A stretch of 64,000 nt of DNA from an uncultured delta proteobacterium (GCA_963789265.1 CAWBKB010000001.1:1312001-1376000), one strand, 5' to 3'. Positions 41,123 through 51,688 are shown, counted from the first letter of the stretch. Numbers and translations: made by a program. The notes: generated from the letters alone by a model not told the origin.

Positions 41123-42431
41123 CTTTTCTTTTCCCTAGCCTATACGTGAGTGCGGCTGCATGGGCTGCAAATCCCTCATATTGGGCCAGCCTGAGTGTCT
41201 TTGGAGCCAGGCGTTGGAACCCTTCATCGCTGACCATTGAGTAGGACATGCGGCGTGTGAAATCCCGGACCGATAATGCTGATGCTGTTCTGGCGAATCC
41301 CGAAGTGGGAAGAATCGCATTTGGCCCGATCGAATAGTTGGCGAGAGTGCCGGGCGTAAAGGGGCCTAGAAGCACTTCACCAGCGTACTTTACCTTGCCC
41401 AGAGTTTTATGGAGATTTCGCGTGAGGATCTGTAGATGCTCAGGCGCGAACCCATTGATAAAGTCGATGGCATCGTTAAGATTCTCAGCCAAGACAACCC
41501 CGCCGTTAGATTGAAAGACCGCTTGGCAAAATGCCCTTCGCTCGGCAGGCAGCGCGGACACGAGACTGGGGATAAGCTCCAAAGCTTTCCTTGCTAACGA
41601 CTTATCTGTCGTGACGAGATAAGCAGAGGAGTCCGGCCCGTGTTCCGCCTCTATGAGCAGGTCGGTGACTGCTGTGAGCGGATCGGCCGAGTCGTCGGCA
41701 AGGATGATCGATTCGCTCGGCCCGGCGGGTATGCCTGTATCCACTTCCGTCGAGAGGATTTGCTTTGCCGCAAGCACATAACCTGAGCCCGGACCGACTA
41801 TCTTGTCAACCCGAGGTATGGTTGCCGTGCCGAACGTGAGCGCAGCCACCGCCTGAACGCCACCTATAGCGTACAATTCATCCAACCCTATCATCCTGGC
41901 GGCTGCAACTGTGGCGAGATCCGCTCTACCATGCGCATCCGGTGGACTGACCACGACAATGCGCTCCACCCCGGCGACTTTGGCCGGGATTCCGGCCATC
42001 ATAATCATCGACGGGAAAGACCCTTTTCCACGCGGAATGTAAAGTCCAACCGACGCAATGGGTATTACTTTCTCGCCCGCAACTATGCCGGGGCTGATTT
42101 CGATTTCCCATGAGCCCGGCTCTATCTGACGCTCGTGGAACTTTCTGATGTTGGAGATCGAGACTTCGATGGCTTCTCGCAAGTCTTCCGGAATCGCATC
42201 GAGCGCCCGGTCCATCTCCTCCTGCGAGACCCTGAATTGTGAGGGCTCCATGTCAGCCCCGTCAAACCGCATTGTGAATTCCCGAACCGCATCATCTCCG
42301 CGGCGACGAACCTCGTCTAAGATTGGTGCCACTTGGGCTATCAAGGACTTCAAATCAACCGAATCGCGATGATACAGTTGCGTGCGCTCTTCCCAGGTCA
42401 TCGTGCCGAGTTCGAAGTAGTTAACCTTCAC
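41115..42431 (-). CDS. hisD: Histidinol dehydrogenase-family protein with atypical active-site residues
   Basis: [42 protein letters not shown]. Confidence 0.8.
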   Translation of the reverse strand: MKVNYFELGTMTWEERTQLYHRDSVDLKSLIAQVAPILDEVRRRGDDAVREFTMRFDGADMEPSQFRVSQEEMDRALDAIPEDLREAIEVSISNIRKFHERQIEPGSWEIEISPGIVAGEKVIPIASVGLYIPRGKGSFPSMIMMAGIPAKVAGVERIVVVSPPDAHGRADLATVAAARMIGLDELYAIGGVQAVAALTFGTATIPRVDKIVGPGSGYVLAAKQILSTEVDTGIPAGPSESIILADDSADPLTAVTDLLIEAEHGPDSSAYLVTTDKSLARKALELIPSLVSALPAERRAFCQAVFQSNGGVVLAENLNDAIDFINGFAPEHLQILTRNLHKTLGKVKYAGEVLLGPFTPGTLANYSIGPNAILPTSGFARTASALSVRDFTRRMSYSMVSDEGFQRLAPKTLRLAQYEGFAAHAAALTYRLGKRKDD

Positions 42432-42548
42432 ATTCCGCTCTTTTCTTTTTCTCAGCCTTATTGGGGCGTGTCGAGGCTACCATCCTGCCATGGAACGCGA
42501 AAATAGGTCAACAGATGATGAACGCCAGACCGCAAAGGCTACGGGGAC

Positions 42549-42809
42549 GCAATCGTTCACTTGCGATCGGTGAAAGGTTGTCATTGCGTCGTGGCGCGGA
42601 CTTTTTCGTCCGCCAAATTAGAGAAGAAACCGCAGACTGGAAAGTCTGCGCCACAGGCTGGCTTGTAAGGAGTGTAATTTGATCCGTTGGACCGGCATCT
42701 TGCCGACATCCATGTTGGACAGGCTGTCGCTCGCCTCGCTGAACTGTCCCACCATTCACTCCTCGCAATGACAAGGGACAGAATATGCCCCGCGTAAGTG
42801 AATGAGTAC
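42549..42809. repeat. Composite palindromic repeat / MITE-like element
   Basis: Inverted ends GTTCACTTGCG / CGTAAGTGAAT; inner TGTCATTGCG..CGCAATGACA with REP hairpins; related to 4248-4450 and 46863-47030. Confidence 0.65.
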
Positions 42810-42914
42810 ACCTCGGGAAGGTACGCTGCCTTTATTCAGTCCCTTATTTCGGATACTATGAGGCCGGTGATCTTTTCACAGAAATCAGCAGAATAAACCG
42901 TACAAGGCAGCCTT

Positions 42915-43799
42915 ATGGACAACCGTTTCAACAAAGCTGAATTGCAATTCTTCATGACCGCGCTCAAAGAAGAGGCTCGCGCAGTCTTAAGAGAAGTGGG
43001 TTCTACCACAGATTCTGAAACCCTCGTGCGAGGCATCCTCGGCGAGCTTGAGGCCCTCGCGCCGCAAAGTGATGGGCAGGATAATAGATCGGATGAGGAG
43101 ATATGGATTCTGGTCCGTGAACTTCTCCTCAAAGCCGCGTACGCAACACGGCCGTACTGTATCCGCTGTGGAACGTGCTGTACAAAAGGAAGCCCCACGC
43201 TGCTGGAAGACGATATGGAGCTATTCAGACGAGATGTGCTGAAGCCGGGCCAAGTGATCACTATCAGGGTCGGCGAACCGACTTACTCTAGCGAGACAGA
43301 GGAAGTTGCCCCAACCCGAGACGAATTGATCAAGATTCGTGAAGTGCCTGGCAGTAAGACCTGCATCTTTTACGAGAAATCGGGGAGCACCTGCTCAATC
43401 TACGACTCCCGGCCCGTGCAGTGCCGCAATCAAGAGTGCTGGAATACGGCCGCGGCCGAGAAAACTGTGTGTGTGAAGCCGATCGGCAGAAGACATCTGC
43501 TGGAAGCGATTCCATCCTTGTGGGAGATCGTCCAACGTCATGAGGAGCGATGCTCTTACTCCGAGTTCACACGCGCAATGACACGGTTGGGGGCCACAAA
43601 AGGCCAAACTGTGGGCGAGGTAATCGATGTTCTCGGGTTCGACAATCATGTGCGGGAGTTCATCACCGAGAGGTTCGGCTTTGACGCCGAAACAATGGAT
43701 TTTCTTTTGGGGAGTTCACTGCGAGAAGCTATAGCCCAATATGGCTTGGTGTTGGAGGAAGAGCCTGACGGGTCCTTTCTGCTCAAGCCTGTGGAATAG
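42915..43799 (+). CDS. YkgJ-family Cys-cluster (CxxCxxCC) protein
   Basis: CIRCGTCC, CIF, CSIYDSRPVQCR. Confidence 0.85.
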   Translation: MDNRFNKAELQFFMTALKEEARAVLREVGSTTDSETLVRGILGELEALAPQSDGQDNRSDEEIWILVRELLLKAAYATRPYCIRCGTCCTKGSPTLLEDDMELFRRDVLKPGQVITIRVGEPTYSSETEEVAPTRDELIKIREVPGSKTCIFYEKSGSTCSIYDSRPVQCRNQECWNTAAAEKTVCVKPIGRRHLLEAIPSLWEIVQRHEERCSYSEFTRAMTRLGATKGQTVGEVIDVLGFDNHVREFITERFGFDAETMDFLLGSSLREAIAQYGLVLEEEPDGSFLLKPVE

Positions 43800-43807
43800 G
43801 GCATGAT

Positions 43808-43973
43808 TCACCTCGGAGAGCGCCGAGAACGCAGACAATAAAGGATAGATTATTCAAAGCCAAGGGAGTCATTCATGCCTCGAGTCAAGCCGGAATTGTC
43901 ATCACTGTCTCGCACCAAGGTTGGCGGATCGGCAATACAGAATCCTCAGCGGTCTCTGCGTTCTCCGCGGTGA
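43808..43973. repeat. Long imperfect inverted repeat between convergent genes
   Basis: TCACCTCGGAGAGCGCCGAGAACGCAGA..TCTCTGCGTTCTCCGCGGTGA. Confidence 0.6.
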
Positions 43974-43993
43974 ACTATTCCTTTTCAGAATCG

Positions 43994-45601
43994 TTACAGT
44001 TGATAATCTTTATAAAGCAGGGATCTTGGCCCGAGCCTGCGGGGAGAAAACGGATCGAATTTATAGCCTCGATAGATGTAAATTTGGCGGATGGCAATCC
44101 CGTGATACATTACGTTGTACGGAGCAAGAGGCTCCACACGTGAGAAGTTCTCGTAAATTGTGGTGAGGACCGCTGAAGTCGGGCGGAGAGGCTTGGGCGA
44201 AACATAAAGAATATTACGACCTTTGAGATTGTCGAACAACGGATCCCAAACATCGAACTGAGTGGGCCGCTTCCACGGAGCCAAATACCTGACATGTGGA
44301 TTCCCCGGCATATTAAACTCGAGCAGGGCGCAAAGCTGATAGCTGTCGGCCGCGATGACGTCTCCATCGCTTTTCAATTCTGAGACATGTTTCCCCAAAC
44401 CTGCCCAACCTCTTGTTTCCCATATAATCCTGTCATCCTTGCCAAGCCTCTTTTCGAGACCCGCGGGGAGTAACCCTAGCCAAGCGTGTGCCAGCACCAG
44501 CAGTACCGGTCCAACCGAGAGAATCACCGCCCATTTGAGGAATCGCGCACCGAACCAATTCCATGGAGCCTTGGGTTCAGTCAGGCGTGTTGTTGCGATG
44601 ATTTCTACGGCAAGGATCATGATCGACGGATAGGCCATGAAAGCCCAGTTGGCTTCCACATGTCCCTTGAATGCCAGCAGTCCGAAAAGGAGTAGGGGGA
44701 ATCCGAAGCAAAGCAACAGGCTTTGTTCCGGATTCGGTCTGAAAAGGTTCCTTGCCAGCGCGGCGAACGATCCGATCAGCAGGGCAAAGTATAGCAGCGG
44801 AGACAACAAGAGGAACTGGGCGAGGTGATATCCGATCCCATCCAAAATTTGCTTGCCAAGCGAAGCCGCTCCGGCGCCGATGTAGAAGATGTGATGCAAG
44901 GAGGCCCATTGATGAGTGGCATTCCACCACAGAATTGGCACGGTGAACGCTGCGGCGATAAGCACCCCAATCCAGGGCTCCTTCTTGAGCAGCAACGCGC
45001 GGTGAGATCTACTCCAGAGCAGGAAAAACAAGACGCTTGGAAGAATCAGCACGCCTGTGTACTTGCTCTGAATGGCAAGCCCTGTGGCCGCGCCCATCAC
45101 ATAGAATTTCCTCAAATCTCCGGACCGCAAGAAATCGGCCGCGGCCCACAGAGCCAACACCCAGAAGAACAAGAGAGCATTATCGTGGATCGCAGCAGGC
45201 CCTCCCAGCAGAGCTATGGGGGTGAAATTGAAAAGGGCTGCGATAAGTATTGCCCTGGAGCGGCTCCGAAACAGTAGGTGGCTTACACGGTATAAAAGGT
45301 ACGTTGTGAAACCTGAGAGAACAAGAAAAGGAAACCGCACTGAAAATGGAGTTTGGTCTCCCCAGATTGCCGTAGAAATCCGGATCAGGTACGCGGTCAT
45401 CCCGGAATTATCGAAGTACGACCAGTCGAGGCTCCTGGACCAGGACCAGTAGCTGCACTCATCGGGGATCAGGTTCACCGAGCTTGTAAAGAAGACGCGC
45501 CAGACAAATACTGCGGCCAGTCCCGCCAGTAACCACATCGTCAGCAGCCCGTACCTGGGGGCAGCAGTGATTTGAGTTGCCGGCGAGGGGGCGGAATTCA
45601 T
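43994..45601 (-). CDS. GT-C glycosyltransferase (family 39 / ArnT-like)
   Basis: PDECSYW.W..LDWSYFD, QSKYTG, multiple TM segments, HVEANW. Confidence 0.87.
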   Translation of the reverse strand: MNSAPSPATQITAAPRYGLLTMWLLAGLAAVFVWRVFFTSSVNLIPDECSYWSWSRSLDWSYFDNSGMTAYLIRISTAIWGDQTPFSVRFPFLVLSGFTTYLLYRVSHLLFRSRSRAILIAALFNFTPIALLGGPAAIHDNALLFFWVLALWAAADFLRSGDLRKFYVMGAATGLAIQSKYTGVLILPSVLFFLLWSRSHRALLLKKEPWIGVLIAAAFTVPILWWNATHQWASLHHIFYIGAGAASLGKQILDGIGYHLAQFLLLSPLLYFALLIGSFAALARNLFRPNPEQSLLLCFGFPLLLFGLLAFKGHVEANWAFMAYPSIMILAVEIIATTRLTEPKAPWNWFGARFLKWAVILSVGPVLLVLAHAWLGLLPAGLEKRLGKDDRIIWETRGWAGLGKHVSELKSDGDVIAADSYQLCALLEFNMPGNPHVRYLAPWKRPTQFDVWDPLFDNLKGRNILYVSPKPLRPTSAVLTTIYENFSRVEPLAPYNVMYHGIAIRQIYIYRGYKFDPFSPRRLGPRSLLYKDYQL

Positions 45602-45791
45602 CCGGTGACTATACAACAAATTCACCGATAGCTTATCCCGTTCCCGAAAATATACACTGATTCATGATTACGGGACTCGCTTGGCCCCAGTAGGGTGGGC
45701 ATCTTGCCCGCCGTCACGAAATGACGGGCAGGACGCCCGTCATTGCCATTGGCGGTCAATCCCGCGTACCGCGGAACCACCCTCCTGTACG

Positions 45792-46742
45792 TTATTGCAA
45801 TATACTGCAAGACGTTCCGGCTCGGCAGATCATCCCTTCTACTTCGGATCGCATTTTATGTGAGCTTTCAATCTGGATAGTCGTGTGGTCGATGTGGAAT
45901 CTTTCATGAAGGACACTGTTGAGTCGCCTTAAGACTTCGTCCGAGTCCTCCCCGACATCGGAAAGCACCACGTGAGCCGACAGGGCAGGGCGGTTGCTGG
46001 TTATACTCCAGACATGGAGGTCGTATACGCAGCACACTCCTGCTTGTTCCAAGAGTGTCTGCTCGATATCCGGTATGTTCAGTCCTGTGGGGACGCCTTC
46101 CATGAGGATGTGCACAGACTCCTTCAATAGCTCCCATGACGAAAAGAGTATGAGGAACCCAATAAGGACGCTGACCAACGGGTCTACCCGGTTGATTCCA
46201 GTCGCTAGAATAACCAGCGCTGCCACAATCGCCCCCCCAGAGCCGAGCGCATCCGCAACCACGTGAACAAACGCGCTTCTAACGTTGAGGTTTTCGCCGC
46301 GGGCCCGGAACAGCAGTGCAGCAATCAGGAAGTTTAATGCAAGCCCCACCGAGGCTACCATCAGCATTCCCGTTCCTTCGACTGCGGATGGTTGGAAGAA
46401 GCGTCGAACCGCCTCATAAAAGATGAACGCGACTATGGCCCAAAGCGCCACTCCATTTGCCAACGCTGCCAGGATCTCTGAGCGTTTGAATCCGAAGGTG
46501 TGCCTATCGGTCGGGGATCGCCGCCCAATTTGTATTGCCAACCAGGAAAGCCCCAGCGCCATGACATCGGAAAGCATGTGGCCGGCGTCCGCGAGCAGAG
46601 CCAGGGAGTTGAAAAGATATCCGCCCACTGCTTCGACAACCATGTAGCCGGCCGTGATGCAAAGAGCGATCATCAGTCGTGTGCCACTGTTTCCATCTCC
46701 TGGTTGAGCATGGGTATGAATATGATTATGCGGATGTCCCAT
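45792..46742 (-). CDS. Cation diffusion facilitator (CzcD/ZitB-like) exporter
   Basis: His-rich N-terminus, SLALLADAGHMLSD, HVVADALGS, DLHVW, HTTIQIE. Confidence 0.93.
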   Translation of the reverse strand: MGHPHNHIHTHAQPGDGNSGTRLMIALCITAGYMVVEAVGGYLFNSLALLADAGHMLSDVMALGLSWLAIQIGRRSPTDRHTFGFKRSEILAALANGVALWAIVAFIFYEAVRRFFQPSAVEGTGMLMVASVGLALNFLIAALLFRARGENLNVRSAFVHVVADALGSGGAIVAALVILATGINRVDPLVSVLIGFLILFSSWELLKESVHILMEGVPTGLNIPDIEQTLLEQAGVCCVYDLHVWSITSNRPALSAHVVLSDVGEDSDEVLRRLNSVLHERFHIDHTTIQIESSHKMRSEVEGMICRAGTSCSILQ

Positions 46743-46862
46743 CGGTGCACACTCACATTAGCTGATAGCTGCGGCTATACTAAAATGAAAGGCCGCCTCT
46801 TGTCTATTCATAATCATAATCATCGTTGCCCGGTAAACCCTCGGTTACGGGCGGTTAAAGAG

Positions 46863-47030
46863 TGTCATTGCGAGTCTCGCGAGACGCGGGAAGGCAAACT
46901 TTTCCTCTTATGGCTAAGATTGCCGTTGGACGGGCATCCTGCTCGTCATACCTTACAGACAGGCTGTCCCGCCGCAGATTCCTACGCAATGGCAAGGGAC
47001 AGAAAGTTCCCGGCGCAAGTGAATGATGAC
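46863..47030. repeat. Third copy of the TGTCATTGCG composite palindromic repeat
   Basis: TGTCATTGCGAG..CGCAATGGCA followed by the AAGGGACAGAA..AAGTGAATGA tail also seen at 42773-42809. Confidence 0.65.
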
Positions 47031-47049
47031 ATAGACATCATTATAGAGA

Positions 47050-47078
47050 TTGACAGGGCCGACCGGCTTGGATATTCT
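47050..47078 (+). promoter_or_regulatory. sigma70-type promoter
   Basis: TTGACA-17 bp-TATTCT just upstream of the riboswitch. Confidence 0.7.
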
Positions 47079-47084
47079 TATTTA

Positions 47085-47175
47085 AGACAAAGGGGAGTAG
47101 TTAGTTTGGCAATGTCAACATCCTGGCCGGCAAGGCCTGGCATTGCCCGCCATCCTGCGTAACGAGACCTTTGGC
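47085..47175 (+). promoter_or_regulatory. yybP-ykoY (manganese-sensing) riboswitch aptamer
   Basis: CAAAGGGGAGTAG..GTCAACA..CGAGACCTTTG signature; P1 pairing CAAAGG/CCTTTG. Confidence 0.85.
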
Positions 47176-47197
47176 AGACAAGCCAAAGGTTTTTTTT
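47167..47197 (+). terminator. Intrinsic terminator forming the riboswitch expression platform
   Basis: ACCTTTGGC-AGACAA-GCCAAAGGT plus T-tract; 5' arm overlaps the P1 3' strand. Confidence 0.85.
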
Positions 47198-47213
47198 ATT
47201 ACGGGAGGAGAAT

Positions 47214-48203
47214 TTGATAACCACGATATTAGCGTTGGTTGGTTCCATTCTCGTGATTTATGTTAGCTGCGAGTATTTCGTCAACGCCATAGAATGGGTA
47301 GGAAAGCGCTTCAATATCGCCAAGAACGCAGTGGGGACCATTTTGGCGGCCTTCGGAACAGCTTTACCCGAGAGTATTGTCACCTTTGTAGCCGTTGCCT
47401 TCGGTACCACGCCCGCTCACAAGAGTATCGGTGTGGGAGCCGCGTTGGGCGGGCCTCTCGTTTTGAGCACTATCGCATACGCGATTGTCGGATTGAGCAT
47501 CATGGCGTTTCATAGGTCACGAGAGGAAGGGGGCGTCGTTTGTTGCGATTGTAATAAATTGTCCATAGACCAAATCTGGTTTCTCGTTATTTCCGCATTT
47601 AAAATATTGCTCGGCTTCATCGTGTTTTCGTGGAAGCCCTGGACGGCATTGTTGTTTCTGGCCGCCTATGGTGTGTACTGCTACCGAGAGATGAGTGCCC
47701 ATCCTGAAGAGGAAGACATCATTGCGCCCTTGCGGTTGCGCCCAAAGAAGCAAGAGCCCGAAACCGCATTCATTCTCCTTCAGACTTTTGGGGCTCTGAT
47801 TCTCGTTTTCATTGGATCATACGTCTTCGTCGATCAACTTGAATCGTTGAGCGTTTCCCTGGGAGCTCGGCCACAAATTATTGCCCTCCTGTTGAGTCCG
47901 GTCGCAACAGAACTTCCTGAGATACTGAACACTGTTATTTGGGTCCGGCAGGGAAAAGAGATGCTGGCTCTTTCAAATATCAGCGGAGCAATGATGATTC
48001 AGACTACCGTACCGACTGCCTTTGGGTTGTTTTTCACCCCCTGGATTTTCGACACTTACTTAACCGTGGCCGCCGTCGTTACGGCCATGTCAATATGTTT
48101 CCTCTGTTACACGTTGCGGTGCGACAAATTGTCACCCCGGAGATTGTCCCTCGCCGCGCCGTTTTATCTGATCTTTGCAGCCACCGTGGTGTTTAGTCTT
48201 TGA
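47214..48203 (+). CDS. CaCA-family (Na+/Ca2+ exchanger-like) antiporter
   Basis: Alpha repeats GTALPE and ATELPE, about 10 TM segments; GGAGG RBS. Confidence 0.88.
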   Translation: MITTILALVGSILVIYVSCEYFVNAIEWVGKRFNIAKNAVGTILAAFGTALPESIVTFVAVAFGTTPAHKSIGVGAALGGPLVLSTIAYAIVGLSIMAFHRSREEGGVVCCDCNKLSIDQIWFLVISAFKILLGFIVFSWKPWTALLFLAAYGVYCYREMSAHPEEEDIIAPLRLRPKKQEPETAFILLQTFGALILVFIGSYVFVDQLESLSVSLGARPQIIALLLSPVATELPEILNTVIWVRQGKEMLALSNISGAMMIQTTVPTAFGLFFTPWIFDTYLTVAAVVTAMSICFLCYTLRCDKLSPRRLSLAAPFYLIFAATVVFSL

Positions 48204-48273
48204 ACCTGTGGGCTCTCTGACGTGTGCTGACATTAGGTTGGCGAGAGTGTACCGGATTTGATAATGTGAGGGT

Positions 48274-48430
48274 GATTGTCCCCTTCGGGGAATGGGAGAA
48301 AAACCTTCGCCTTCGGGCGAAAACTTCAGTGCGTACCCATTGTACATGCGCGGCACAAGATACAAAGATGGCAGTGGGTTGCTGGTGAGCGCAGCGAACG
48401 CGGGGAAACCACGCCTCAGGCGTGGTCGAG
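48274..48430 (-). mobile_element. Possible non-autonomous IS200/IS605-type remnant (hairpin ends only)
   Basis: Hairpins ACCACGCCTGAGGCGTGGT and TTCGCCCGAAGGCGAA..TCCCCGAAGGGGA with a short non-coding interior; family call is by resemblance only. Confidence 0.4.
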
Positions 48431-48451
48431 GAATGTGACTGGATATAGAAT

Positions 48452-48504
48452 GGTGGGGCAGGCATCTTGCCTGCCTAAGTGACAGGCAGGATGCCTGTCC
48501 CACC
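48452..48504. repeat. GTGG-type REP doublet
   Basis: GGTGGGGCAGGCATCTTGCCTGCC..GACAGGCAGGATGCCTGTCCCACC; similar copies near 4297-4353 and 55954-56011. Confidence 0.75.
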
Positions 48505-48751
48505 GGTCCCAGTGATGCGGTTCGCCCGCGCGAGAACGCGGGCTCACAAGCATCCTACGCCGATACCTACTCCGGTCCTCTGGCGGCAGCGACCACCGGG
48601 TTCATCCGGTGGGGCGACAATGCCGACGAAACCGCGGTCTTCGGCCGGTGAAACCGTCATTAGTTACTGACGAGATATGCGCCCTGTAGGAATTCCCGAC
48701 AAGACCCTGAGGCCTGAGAATTTTCCAATTTGGTGGTAGGGGGAAAAAACC

Positions 48752-51106
48752 ATGTCGATCTTTCCCAAGAGTCTGCGGTACCGCTTGGTTTTCCTGGTAA
48801 TGCTCGCAGTTGTGCCATCTATTGGCCACATTCTATATTCGGGGTACGAACAGCGGCACCTGGCCCGGGGTCGCGCCCAGGAACAGGCTCTGAACCTTGC
48901 CGACCTTGTTTCAATGGAAACGGGGCAAGTGATTCAAATGACGCGTGAATTGGTGGACGCTCTCGGCCAGTCCCCCTCCGTCGTGGATAGCGATCCCGAG
49001 ACCTGCTCCCGCACGCTGGCGAGTCTGAAAAAAATCCTCCCATTCTGTCAAGCGGTGCTCGTAGCTCTGCCAAACGGCGAAGTGATTTGTGCCAGCCAAT
49101 CGGATCATAGCCTGATAAACCTGTCAGACAGAGACTATTTTCGGCGAGCCGTCAAAACGCGCGAGTTGGCGATCAGTGGTTTTCTCATTGGCCGGCTGAC
49201 GGGCAGGCCGTCCGTAGGTTTTGCCTATCCGTCGATTGACGGGACAGGTCAGATCAAGGCCGTCGTGGTGGCGACGCTAGACCTGTCTTGGCTCGTCAAG
49301 GGCGTCTCCACCGCGAGACTTCCTGCAGGTTCCGTGCTTAACATTGTCGACGCGGACGGCACCGTGCTAGCTCGCTGGCCGGATCCCGAGCATTGGGTCG
49401 GCCGTAAAGTTCCGGAGGCCGAAATTATGAAGCAGGTGCTTGTTCGAAAGGAAGGCGTTTTCGAAGGTATGGGCATGGAAAGGATTCCGCGCCTCTATGG
49501 CTTCAAGCCCCTCATGCCGGGGCAGCAAGCCGGTTTCGTTTACGTGGGTATTCTCCAGTCACTGGCGTACGGCCCTGCGAACCGTATGTTGGCCGCCAAT
49601 CTCATCGGACTTGGGATCGCGACGTTGCTGGGCCTGGGTGCGGCGCTCTTTTTCGGTCATGTATTCATAATGCGAGGCGTAACAAGCCTGGTAAACACGA
49701 CAAAACGACTAGCATCCGGTGACCTGTCCGCTAGGACCGGAATTTCACCTGGTGGTGGTGAGATAGCCCAACTGTCTGGCGCGTTCGATGAAATGGCGGA
49801 CGCGTTGCAGCGCCGGGAAGAGGAGCGCCAACTCGCTGAGGAAGAAATTCGTGCGAACGCCGCGCGCGCCCACCTGCTGGCGGATATTTCCGAGGAATTC
49901 ATCAAGGCGGGTTTGGATCACGAGACTGCTTTGTCCGCAATATCGAAACACATCACGGACTGGTCCGGTGACATCTGCCTGATAAACTTATTAGCCGCGG
50001 AGGGAGAATCGCTACAAGCCCCGGTCGTCTGTTACTCCGACCCGGTGCGGCTGAATTTCGTTCGTGATCTGTTTTCATCCTCGGAGACTCCTGAGCAAAA
50101 CTTGTTGCAACAGGTGGTCGACACCCGCAGACCATTACTGTTATCCACAACAAGCGGCGAACCAACTTCCTCGATGTATTTGGAACGGGTTGGGGGCAAG
50201 AGTATGATGATTGTCGCAATGCGGGCAGACGATCAGATTATCGGAACCCTGGCTTTGATTCGTGATCGCGATGGGAACACGTACACGGCTCGCGATGAGT
50301 CCTTCCTCCAATACGTAGCCGACCGGGCTGCTATCTCAGTGGCCAATGCGCGTCTGGTCCAAACCATACAGCGGCTAAATGCCGAACTGGAACAAAGAGT
50401 TCAAAAACGGACCATACAACTCGAGGCTTCGAACAAAGAACTCGAAGCATTTGCTTACTCGGTTTCGCACGACCTCAGAGCACCCTTGCGGGCAGTGGAT
50501 GGATTCAGCCGTATTGTTTTGGATCGCTACAGTACTATGCTGGATGAGACGGGGCAGGATTACTTGCAACGAGTCCGCTCCGGGGCTCAGCGGATGGGAC
50601 AGTTGATTGACGACCTTCTAAAGTTGTCGCGCTTCACACGCACTGACATGCGGCACGAAAGGGTGGATTTGAGCAAGCTCGCACGTGAAATTGAGGTAGA
50701 CCTGAAAGAGAGCCAGCCTGATCGGTCGGTCGAGTTTATAGTTGCCAAAGACTTGGCGGTCATAGGGGATGAGCGTCTTCTTCGTTCCGCGCTGGAGAAC
50801 CTTTTGGGGAATGCATGGAAGTTTACCTCACTTACTCCTAATCCTCGGATCGAATTTGGTGTAAAATGTCTTGACAGTCCCCCAGTATTTTTTGTGAGTG
50901 ACAACGGTGCCGGCTTTGACATGGCGTATGAGGACCAACTATTCGGGGCCTTTCAGCGGCTACACTCCATGTCCGAGTTTCCAGGCACCGGCATAGGTCT
51001 GGCGATTGTCCAGCGTGTGTTTCATCGGCACGGGGCAAGAGTATGGGCTGAGGGAGCAGTGGGACAAGGTGCAACGTTCTATTTCAAATTTCCTGATGGA
51101 GGTTAG
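48752..51106 (+). CDS. Sensor histidine kinase (Cache-HAMP-GAF-HisKA-HATPase)
   Basis: Two TMs around a Cache-like domain (SDRDYF), HAMP, GAF, FAYSVSHDLRAPLR, NAWKF, DNGAGF, GTGIGL. Confidence 0.93.
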   Translation: MSIFPKSLRYRLVFLVMLAVVPSIGHILYSGYEQRHLARGRAQEQALNLADLVSMETGQVIQMTRELVDALGQSPSVVDSDPETCSRTLASLKKILPFCQAVLVALPNGEVICASQSDHSLINLSDRDYFRRAVKTRELAISGFLIGRLTGRPSVGFAYPSIDGTGQIKAVVVATLDLSWLVKGVSTARLPAGSVLNIVDADGTVLARWPDPEHWVGRKVPEAEIMKQVLVRKEGVFEGMGMERIPRLYGFKPLMPGQQAGFVYVGILQSLAYGPANRMLAANLIGLGIATLLGLGAALFFGHVFIMRGVTSLVNTTKRLASGDLSARTGISPGGGEIAQLSGAFDEMADALQRREEERQLAEEEIRANAARAHLLADISEEFIKAGLDHETALSAISKHITDWSGDICLINLLAAEGESLQAPVVCYSDPVRLNFVRDLFSSSETPEQNLLQQVVDTRRPLLLSTTSGEPTSSMYLERVGGKSMMIVAMRADDQIIGTLALIRDRDGNTYTARDESFLQYVADRAAISVANARLVQTIQRLNAELEQRVQKRTIQLEASNKELEAFAYSVSHDLRAPLRAVDGFSRIVLDRYSTMLDETGQDYLQRVRSGAQRMGQLIDDLLKLSRFTRTDMRHERVDLSKLAREIEVDLKESQPDRSVEFIVAKDLAVIGDERLLRSALENLLGNAWKFTSLTPNPRIEFGVKCLDSPPVFFVSDNGAGFDMAYEDQLFGAFQRLHSMSEFPGTGIGLAIVQRVFHRHGARVWAEGAVGQGATFYFKFPDGG

Positions 51107-51108
51107 CT

Positions 51109-51550
51109 TTGAACCAGAGGAGCCTACTCTTAGTTGAAGACAATCCGGATGACGAAGAGTTGATCAAGATAGCGTTGGAGGAAAACCGCATAGGGAATCC
51201 TGTGGTTGTGGTACGCGATGGAGCGGAAGCTCTGGATTATCTTTTCGCTGCCGGTCGCTATACCGGTAATACAATGCCGGAAATGCCTGTGGTAGTGCTG
51301 CTGGACCTCAAGCTACCCAAGGTGGGCGGCCTTGAGGTTTTGCGCCGAATGCGTGCGGATGACCGGTACCAAGCTTCTTCCTGTGGTCGTGCTCACCTCC
51401 TCGAAAGAAGAGGAGGACCGGCTTCAGTCGTACGCCCTGGGCGCCAACTCCTACGTGCGTAAACCCGTGGAGTTCAGCCAGTTCGTCGAAGCTGTTAAGC
51501 ACTTGGGTCTATACTGGTTAGTTTGGAATGAACCACCGCCGATTGACTAA
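51109..51550 (+). CDS. Single-domain response regulator (Rcp1-like); +1 frameshift near 51370
   Basis: [20 protein letters not shown], then in the shifted frame [22 protein letters not shown]. Confidence 0.88.
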
Positions 51551-51688
51551 CGCGCGGGACGGCGGCCATGGGGCGCCGCGGATTCCTGCGTATGCGGGAA
51601 CGAAGACTGAGAGGATGTCCTGTCCCACTAATTCATTTTGCGATAACGGTCATTGCCCTCGCGGAATCGCTGTGACTGAGGAACTCCG

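Noticed and set aside
48615..48700. Hammerhead-like words (GAAAC, CTGACGA)
   Set aside because: Stems I-III cannot be formed with correct geometry.
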